A model generated the notes under the pieces. It made no database searches. It saw only the letters and a list, made by a program, of their open reading frames with translations, and was not told the origin of the DNA. A stretch of DNA of 63,917 bases, the filler included, from Welwitschia mirabilis (taxonomy: Eukaryota): NCBI GenBank assembly GCA_051453625.1. It is 10 parts of one record of this genome, joined end to end, with 100 filler letters (N's around TTAATTAATTAA, not from the genome) between each part and the next. Parts side by side here need not be neighbours in the genome. Positions count along the whole stretch, not along the records: positions 11,911 to 20,611 come from JBOZIK010000001.1; 9 more parts are not named here. The stretch is one strand, 5' to 3'. Positions within the stretch are counted from its first letter, which is position 1. Each line of letters begins with the position of its first letter. Both the position numbers and the translations under genes were made by a program. Below are positions 12,317 to 20,711 of the stretch, piece after piece.

Positions 12317-13103
12317 ATAACTTTTTTGATACATTGACTAAAATGAGAAAAAGAATTGTTGAATTCCTAAGTTACTATCTTGTTGAAACCTATTGGTATT
12401 TATGTGCTTCAACTAAGTGTTATGTCTTTCATAAAACACTTTCATAATACTAGGTTGGCATGTTTCTTAACAAAACATAATAATAGTCATTAAATGCACT
12501 TATTAATATATTTAATTTTAGATGTAAAATAGGGACATTATATTTTAGGATTATATTCTCCCTTGGTTCTTGAACTCACAGAGGCCCTTACAGGGATTTC
12601 TTGCAAGAAAGATGTGGTGCCAATCGAGGTAAGCATAAATTCATTAAGGACAAGTCCACACTTAGCAAGCGAGGTAGGAATATTCACTAAGTCAAGGGTA
12701 CTTATGGAATCCCTTCATGTAAAATCTCAAAGTGGGAAATATATTTGAGAGAGAAATTGCTTCCTATGTAAGAAGGATAGGTCCTATGTTGGCCCCACAT
12801 TGTTTGACTTCTCAAGCAGTTCTTTTGTTGCAATCTTTGGTGTTTCTTTGCTTTTAAGGATGAACTTTAAGATATGGGTGGCTTTTGTGCCTCTTTGGCT
12901 CGCTTTCTCTTATACCATTAGAGGTTTTAGCTTCTTGGGTAGCAACTTCCTTTCCCACTAAGGTATCTTTGGTTACTCATAGGTTTATGTCACCCATAAC
13001 TATCCTAGAATTGCAGGATTTGTTGCTTGCTTACCCAACAAATTCATCACACATTAAAAAAAAAGGAATAACAACAATGTTTTTATACTTCTTAACATTA
13101 TTG

Positions 13104-14620
13104 CTAGGAAAGAAGGATGGGCAAGCCCCCATGCATACTGGCAATGAGGTTGTGCATTGCTGAAGGCATAAATGAGGCCTTCATTGCCCAAATCTTGGAA
13201 TGCAAAGGGACATATGCTACCACATACTTCATTTGAATGAAGGCCTTCTCCTTCCCTAAACACACCTGCATGTTTGTTTGGAAAACTGGATATCTCAATG
13301 AGCTCTTCCCCTTCAACAATGACAACAAACCCTCTTTTGCCATGACCCATCACTCGAACTTTTATCCCAGGCAGTTGTCTTCCTAGATGAATGCCATGTG
13401 ACCCATCACATATGTTGCGGTACATTACTCTGTCACATGCACATACTCTTGTGCCATTAGGAAGCACGTTGTCTACAGTTGCATGTCTAGAGTTGATGGC
13501 CACTAGTGGGTACAACGACATTGCCTCCTATAGTGCCACATGCGTATAGTTTATGCTTTTCAGGCCATCATATGACAATGTGGAGGTCTCCTTTGCATTC
13601 ATGTAATTGACTATGTGCTTAATCTTGACGTGCAGGTGTCTGGGGTTGAGCCAAATGAACCATGTCAACGACAATGACATGTTATCTCTACCAATCGAGA
13701 GGAAGCTGTCCATTTTGTCTTTCATAGAGGTGCATTGATGCTCATTTGTGCCATTGGATTCCATGAAGAGGCTTAAAAGCTCCATAGGGCCTTGGCTTCA
13801 TTGCTTGTACATATGAACATCTTCAATATGACATCATTGACAAAGGAGTGAATGGTTTCACTTGGCTCTGTGAGGTGTCTCTCGGAGCCCATGTTCAAGA
13901 GGTGCTTTACCTTCCGCAACCACAGTGGGGGGAGTGGCATCTCGAAGTGGCAAGAGCTTCGTGGTGGTGTTGAGGGCATCCTTAACAACGAAAAGCGACA
14001 GTGATGCATGACATGTCTTCATATCGACGCTGAAGGAAAGCGTGCAAATGGAATCAAAGAGAACCTCTTCAACACTTCTCATAATCAATGTTTGAATTGT
14101 GGTGGAGGACTTGGATGAGGTAATTATTGTTGTCCTTGATGGGCTTAAATGATCAAGTTGTAAAGAGAATGGGTATTGAATAGGAAGCTGTTGAGCTTTT
14201 TTTGCATGAGTGAGGATACTCTGCTTGTTCCGCATCACCTCCATCCACAACTCGTTCTTGTTTTGATGCCTACACAAAACTCCACTTTGACAATTCCGTT
14301 GCTCTAATTTGCATGTAACACAATGGCCTCACATATGTAGATTAGTCATCTTTTTCCCTTCCACACTTTGATTGAGGACTTGGATGAGTTGATGAGCATA
14401 GTCCTTGAAAACCTCAATGATGAACCTGCAAAATATGAAATTGGCAAGCTTTGTTTGCATAAACCGTGATACTTTGCTTGTTCTGCCTCACTTGCTTCCA
14501 CAACTTCACCCTCTCTCTTTCATATACACGAAGCTCCACTTGCACAATTCCCTTGCTTTGCCTCACCTTTAACATGGTGACCTTGCACTATATGTAGGTT
14601 GGTCCTTTACCCTTCTACAC
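13104..14620 (-). pseudogene. Cytochrome P450 CYP94-type (CYP94B-like, CYP86 clan) pseudogene
   Basis: Fragments across several frames: MQKKLNSFLFNTHSL, EVLKRF/FDSICTLSF, KVKHLLNMGSERHL, SFLSIGRDNMSLSLTWFIWL (I-helix), *EAMSLYPLVAINSRHATVDNVLPNGTRV..DRV (ExxR lost), and heme region YPVFQTNMQVCLGKEKAFIQMKYVVA (canonical FQAGPRVCLG). Multiple stops and frameshifts, and the 5' part is duplicated. Confidence 0.85.
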
Positions 14621-14889
14621 GTCCCCTCTTATATCTTCTTTCAACCATTCTTGGACAATATTGCTTGGCTCCAATGATTAAAAAGGAGGTTACTAGTGAC
14701 TATATGGGTGGCCAGTAGCCCTAAGCTAATGAAGCCGACTTGTTTCGAGTCTTCCTAACTTTTTCTTCCAAGTAATAGGCGACTAGTAGCCAACCTTTAT
14801 TTTGCCAAAATTTGCCGACTTTTTACTGACTTTCTGCTAAAAATCTCTTTAAAAAATCTTCAAAATTTCAAATTGTTCTTTTTCGTATT

Positions 14890-15083
14890 TGTTGACTATT
14901 CCGATTGTGTTCAATTGTAGTATGTAATTGCTACTAGCCCCATAATTTGCTATTTTATGTCATTTTCTTAAATCCCACATTGATTAGGCATTTTGTTGTA
15001 GAGGACCTATGTCCTATAAATAAGTGGGTATTGTAAATAGTTTGATATATTGAATAAAAGGGGTTTCTCCCAATATTTCTTCA
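14890..15083 (+). mobile_element. Short LTR, copy 2 (194 bp)
   Basis: TG...CA termini, internal cctataaata and aataaaa. Followed by AGAAT. No PPT upstream. Confidence 0.8.
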
Positions 15084-15763
15084 AGAATTAATGCACAGGC
15101 AGCAAGCAGAATATAGCAAACAATTCTACTTGTCGATTGTCATTTAATTAAATAGAAAGGTGTCTCTTAATATCATGATATAGAGATACATGGATGACAA
15201 GTTATGCTCATGGAAGGCACAGATGAGGAACGTGAGATTTTCTTTTCTCACATCAACTACCAACATGAATGCATAAAATCCACAATGGAAAAAGAAAATA
15301 ACAATAGGATTGCCTTCCTGGACCTCTGGATACAGCGTACAAATGTCCCACAAGGCAAAACTATATACTTCAGGGAAGTCCACAGGAAGAGCACAAACAC
15401 AGACTGATACATTGATGGCAACTTTAATCACCACCACACTCGGAAAATGGAAATAATCCACACCCTAATAACCAAAGCATGCAGATACTGTGTGAATCTC
15501 AGCCTCTAGAATAAGGCAGAAGACATCACTGAGATTCTCATATAGAATGGATACTGCACATTTGAAATTCTAAAAAAATGGAAGAGGAAAGGTTATATAC
15601 AAGGCTGCTAACAAAGACTTCCCTTCTAAAAATATAAATGAATGTGATAACCCCAGCTTTGGGAGGCAAAGAAGTGTGCAACTTGTAGTTCTTCCTTTTG
15701 TTGAAAACACCAGCATCAGGCTTGGCAATATTTTACACTCCCACAGGATTGGGGTCTCATACA

Positions 15764-16076
15764 TGTTGGGTATGTGCTCTACATGCCCAGCCCAACAAGT
15801 GGTTAAATATAAAGGGTCCCAGTTTCCACCTAAGTCATGGCTTTTAGTGTGATGGTAATGGGCCCAACAATTGGTATCAAAGCCATGGTTGTTGGCTGGT
15901 GTCGGGTTTGAGTCTCCCTGATGGCTTCCCGATTCATGTGAGCACTTGGCATGTTGATCGAGGGGGAGATTGTTGGGTATGCGCTCCACATGCCCAGCCT
16001 AACAAGTGGTTAAATATAAAGGGTTCCAGTTTCCACCTAAGTCATGGCTTTTGGTGTGATGGTAATGGGCCCAACA
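15764..16076 (+). mobile_element. Complete TRIM (terminal-repeat retrotransposon in miniature), 313 bp
   Basis: 106-bp LTRs at 15764-15869 and 15971-16076 (TG...CA, differing by 5 transitions). iMet-type PBS TGGTATCAAAGCC at 15872-15884. PPT GAGGGGGAGA at 15960-15969. Perfect 5-bp TSD ATACA at 15759-15763 and 16077-16081. Confidence 0.95.
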
Positions 16077-16085
16077 ATACAAACA

Positions 16086-16762
16086 TATTTTTTTTTGAAT
16101 TAGTATTAGAATCATGATCCAAACGATTCTACATTGTTATTCCAGCAAGGACACTTTGGATGGATCTTAAATCCTGGTTCCATATGAATTGCAACCCAAA
16201 GCAATCTGCTCTGCCTTGCACCCCTGAGTGATCTAAAACTCTCTAGATCACCTGTCTATTTTAAGTGCAATTTTTATTTTAAAACATAACACAACTCCAT
16301 TCTGTCACACTGCTGATTATAGGAATCCATATCACTATTGAAATAGTAAGGAAACAGAACAGAAGTAATCTTCTTTGAAGATTTGATCATTCAAATTAGA
16401 TGAAAAGGGCTTCTTATAAATTGAAATCTTTCTGAAACATGAAGGTTTTCTTTGAAAAACATTAAATTTTAAAATTGTCATTTTTCCCCTACCCAAATGT
16501 TAACACTTAATGGAGGTTTAATATTTTAAGTAATATAATGTTGAATTGCCCATATGCTCTCTTTTGAAATAATCATAAGATTGAAACTATCTTGTCTTTG
16601 CAACTCATTCTCATCGGAATTGCAAGGATCTCAGGAAAAAACTGTAAAACCTGTTTTTTTTTTCTTTGTTAATTTAACTTTGTGATCCAAAGTGATCCAT
16701 GATCTACTCCAAAAGTCCAAAACGAAAAAAACAATCTGCAATTCACTTCTATCCACAAAAGT
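16086..16762 (-). mobile_element. Non-coding insertion with a minus-strand A-rich tail (candidate SINE, LINE 3' end or retrocopy)
   Basis: Begins with a T run (tatttttttttt). Flanked by ATACAAACA (16077-16085) and ATGCAAACA (16763-16771). Removing it rejoins the Penelope-like linker sequence. Confidence 0.55.
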
Positions 16763-17096
16763 ATGCAAACAAATCTTCTCATTGAATCAAAGACCTCTTT
16801 CCGACTCCCAAAGAATAGATTGATACCATGGAATGCAGCGCGGTTTACATGATGAGTTGCTCACATGGGAAATGGTACATAGGTGAAATAGGAAGATTTT
16901 TCAAAACCCAATTTGACAAACATGAAGTGGACGCATGTCATTGTCACACCAATAATCCACTAACCAATGGACAGACTATCGAAATCTTTGTCCATGCTCG
17001 TGAATAGGGATAATGGCTCATCCCTCAACCCTTGGCTTTCTGTGATAGCCAAATTAGAAACTAACTTGTTATATATTACACTCCCCCTTATCAACC

Positions 17097-17145
17097 ATAC
17101 AGCCCTGAAGATGAGACTATTAGATTTTGAAATGATGGCATGTAT
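17097..17145 (+). ncRNA. Degenerate minimal hammerhead ribozyme relic in the Penelope-like 3' region
   Basis: ATACA-GCC / CTGAAGA (17105-17111) / eroded helix II (GAGA...TTTT) / GAAA (17129-17132) / TGAT / GGC-A-TGTAT. Helix I pairs as GCC:GGC and ATACA:TGTAT. It lies just downstream of the EN coding end. Confidence 0.6.
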
Positions 17146-17691
17146 TCCAACTTGAGAGCTGTACTAAGAAGAACTTAATCGTGAGCTCATTGAACACACT
17201 TAAAAGTTAGCTCTAAAAAAAAGTTATATAAATAGTCTTTGTGTTTTACATCAAAGTGAAAAAAAATAGGGTGATGAGCATTTTAGGGAAATATTCAGGG
17301 ATACTTGTGCATAATTAATTCGTCAAATCCATACTCATTATGCACGATTGCTATTATCAATATTCACAGCACATGTGTAGGATGTCAACCAGTGACCTTC
17401 AATTATCTTCTTCAGATTAATAATTTTGTTTTGCCGACTGGACGATAATTTTGTTTTGCCAACTGGACCATAGGTCTCATTGTTTTCTGCTATTTCTCAT
17501 CTTACTTTTGTATTGTTGTTTGGTGAAAATAAACATGTAGAAGTTTGGGTGCTATTTAACCATTTGTGAACTTCCAGGGTTGTACAGTGTTAACAGATCT
17601 TTAAAAATGGATTTTTTTTAATATAACCTTCCCAAGGAATTAAGAAACCTGAAGTCTTAACTCGCACAAACATGCCAAAAACACTAATGTC

Positions 17692-18215
17692 ATGTAAGAA
17701 ATCCTCTTATTCTTCTCTGCAAAGAGAAATACATGCTACAAACTAAAAGTATAAGGTGATTGCCCTGTTAGGAGCAATTCTACAAGTGCTCAAACAGTTT
17801 CACTTTATTCTATGATTTATGTTTAAAAGGTATTTGTGATTCTGCGTATTCTCTTGGAACACCGACATCTCAAACTTGTTGATGCAAAGCTCCAATTTGT
17901 TTTCCATTTACATTCTCTAAACATTGTTATAGGACTTATAATAGATTTCTTTGTAAGCAGGTTCATCGGAAATTGTGCTGCAGTTATCATTCAATTGGGT
18001 ATACGCTGAAGGGTGACCAACACTGGGATGAGAGTTCACAACAAATGTGGTCTTATGATCCATGAGGATGTGGTTATCATAATCTTTTTTCAACATAAAT
18101 CTTTGAATATACTGAAACATCTGAATACTTGAACCTAACAGGACAATCACCTTATACTTTTATTTTATAGTCTGTATTGCCCTTTAGAAAAGAATAAGAA
18201 GAGAATTTCTTACAT
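17692..18215. repeat. Diverged inverted repeat (arms about 170 bp, spacer about 180 bp)
   Basis: atgtaagaaat...aaaagtataaggtgattgccctgttagg...gatttatgttt at 17693-17866 is the reverse complement of about 18050-18215, with scattered mismatches. Confidence 0.8.
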
Positions 18216-18284
18216 AAATATTTTATTGTTGGTGCTGATCCATGTAAAAATGGTGTGTGAAATTGTGTAACAACAGATGCAAAT

Positions 18285-18657
18285 TGTTATTAAAATGAAT
18301 GCAGCATAAAACAAGACGAACCATTAAATTTAAAAAAAAACAAAAACAAAAATGAAAAGTGCACAGGAGATTTAACAAGGTTCAGCCCCTTTCTTGCCTA
18401 TGTCTTCAGGAAAGCAGTGTAAAGCTCTTATTTCAGCCAAAAGCTTCAGAGAACACAAATAGACATGAATCACATCACACCTAACCTTCAACGGCTTAAT
18501 GGGTATATATCAGAGAGGGATTTAAGGTAAAGTAGCAAAACCCTACAATTTATTCAATAACTCCCCCATGGGGATTTTATAATCCAACCTAGCTTTCATG
18601 ACCACGTAACATAACAAACAAGGGAGTGAAAATAGAATTTGACTTCACATCACAACA
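18285..18657 (-). mobile_element. Copia (Tork-like) solo LTR, 373 bp
   Basis: TGTTAT...CAACA termini with flanks CAAAT/TAAAT (a TSD with one transition). The end resembles the LTR ends at 184 and 5451. Confidence 0.65.
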
Positions 18658-19255
18658 TAAATAACATCCGACACATCCCAACTGGATATTAGCAAAAACG
18701 TTTGAGAAAGTATACAAAATCATATAAAAGAAATACTTGGACATGAAAGGAAATGCGGGCAATGTTATATGTTATATCGTATGGTTGCCTAAAATGATAC
18801 TTTATTCCAGCACACTAGAATCATCAGGATATGGTTATCATAATATTGAGAAAGATGTTTTTTTACCTTTTTTTCTTACTTGTTTTTAGCAAAATGACAT
18901 TCAAAAACAATAGTCTTCCAAAACTTGTCCTCACAAAATAACAAAAATCAGTAATATGAGATTTCAAGTGCAAAAACATTAAAAATGTTAATCTCTTTTA
19001 AAAAGGTCTTGAACTGTTAAATTTAAGTTTGGATTCAACAGGTGGCAAACAAACATGCAGCACAATCAGTCCACGGGAGTGTTAGCAAGGGATCATAGTC
19101 ATTTCATCAGAGTATTATACTTCGTTATCACAGGTGGTTTGTGCGGGTTCTGGGAAGCAGCAGGGTTTTAGTCGACTGCCCAAGAGCTAGCCTTCCAACC
19201 TACAGACTGTGCAAGGGCCTACGCTTCTATAAGAAGACATGTACACACTGCCAGG

Positions 19256-19726
19256 TCATTTTGTGGAGGCTGCACCTTGTGAAAGGACTCGGAGATAGAC
19301 TAATGCTTGGAAAAGGCCAAATCTCACACTTCGTATATAACTAGAGTTGTCCAAAGCCATTGCCAAGGAAATCTGAACTGCAATTCTGAAGCCAGGTTCT
19401 AGCAACATACATGATTCCACTTTTTCTTTATTGAAATCAAGGGTAGGTTCATGCTTACTAAAAGGGATGAATTCCCTTGTGTAAGATGTAAAAGGCAAGT
19501 CAAACACACTGGAAAACAACATACGTAACGCATTTGGGAAAGGCCTAGCCCCACTAAAATATTGGTTGAATGTTGGCCTTGTCCTCTCTGAAAATATAGG
19601 AGGGGAGTGAGTTATGAAGCTATGGCAAATGTCTATGTATGTTTCTGTTTTCTCCTTTCCATTGAGGAAAGGTATGACCCTATATAACCCCTCCATAAAA
19701 GACTGATCCATACAGTAGCTGTGCAA
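19256..19726 (-). other. Open reading frame of unknown origin (at least 156 codons, no ATG start)
   Basis: Stop-free, compositionally complex frame in a segment that looks less AT-rich than its flanks. No TE or host motif was recognised. Confidence 0.3.
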
Positions 19727-19739
19727 TAAAAGAATGACC

Positions 19740-20560
19740 CAAGTAAGTCTAATCCGAAGAAGAAGAAAGTTATTCAGTGTTACTTTTACAGGGTCTTTGG
19801 ACCTACTTCAAATGAGTGTCACTGTAACAAGAAGGATGATAAGGAAAAGGGAAAGGTCATTACTGTAACTTGGGACAAATATCGACACAAGAGAGCAAGG
19901 TGAATCGAATTTGGACAACAGAAGAATCTCTCTCATGGCTTTTGTTACCCGAAAATATGAGGTAAAAAATGATGATTGCTGTTGAGATCCTTTTGATTTT
20001 GATACTGATTTTGATCAAGAGAATCTTTAAATGAAACTTTGCAAAGAGTGTGAAATTTTAGCATCAAATGTTTATACATTAAAGAGAGAAATCAAAATGC
20101 TAGAGAAAGAGAAATTAAAGTTGGCAAATCTGTTAAAAAAGACTCAAAAGCAGAATGATTCTTAGAAAGTCAAGGTTGATGATGGCTTGTTGCCCCTCAA
20201 AAAGTCTTCTACTGGTAAGAGGACGGTTCAGAAGCTTCTTCTCATTTGCAAATTAGTTGAAGACAAGAATACAATTGATTATGAACCAACAACCAGAAAT
20301 GTTCCTTCAAAATCAAGCTCTTTTTGGTGCAAGTACGTATCAAAGTTTAAACCCATCCTTCCTGTTCACATCTTCTAGGTTCGTTTGTCACTATTCCAAT
20401 CAAGTAGGTCATTCCAAATTCAACTGCCCTATTAGGAAGATGTTCTATTCCAATATTTCTTCTTGTCATTCTTCTAAATTTGTTCCAAAGGCTTTCAAGC
20501 CAAATGGATCCAAAAAGGTACACTAAAAGAGTTTTTCTAATTTGAACTACATTCAAGATA
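19740..20560 (+). mobile_element. SIRE gag C-terminal fragment
   Basis: KKKVIQCYFYRVFGPTSNEC...KGKVITVTWD and VCHYSNQVGHSKFNCP zinc-knuckle relics, homologous to the gag at 26041-27809. Confidence 0.75.
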
Positions 20561-20711
20561 AACAATCATTGTTTGTTCTATCTCTCTCTCTACCCCTAGG
20601 GGGGGGGCGGGNNNNNNNNNNNNNNNNNNNNNNNNNNNNNNNNNNNNNNNNNNNNTTAATTAATTAANNNNNNNNNNNNNNNNNNNNNNNNNNNNNNNNN
20701 NNNNNNNNNNN

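Larger units (their letters stand above)
15150..17200 (+). mobile_element. Penelope-like retroelement (RT plus C-terminal GIY-YIG endonuclease), 5'-truncated, decayed and split by two insertions
   Basis: RT part: RYMDD (YMDD 15187-15198), IKSTMEKENNNRIAFLDLWI, VHRKSTNTD*YI, NHHHTRKMEIIHTLITKA, L.*NGY. Linker: VVLPFVENTSIRLGNIL..HRIGVSY. After the insertions: IKDLFPTPKE*ID, AVY (16840-16848)..MSCSHGKW YIG (16876-16884) EIGR..DKH, IEI, VNRDNGSSLNPW. These are hallmark Penelope/Poseidon-type motifs in the correct order. Confidence 0.88.

Noticed and set aside
12540-13040. Possible minus-strand L1 ORF1/endonuclease junction (FLQE-like)
   Set aside because: Only one short motif, not enough to call.
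14690-14889. hAT-like subterminal motifs (gcgactagtagcc, gccgact); similar short repeats at 63750-63900
   Set aside because: No TIR pair or TSD could be defined.
17420-17468. 25-bp tandem duplication
   Set aside because: Real, but an ordinary slippage-type duplication of two copies.
19150-19330. Rhabdovirus L-like FQA...CxxC spacing or partitivirus coat-like motif in the orphan ORF
   Set aside because: The upstream HR motif is absent and the resemblance is only a few residues, so it is left as unassigned.
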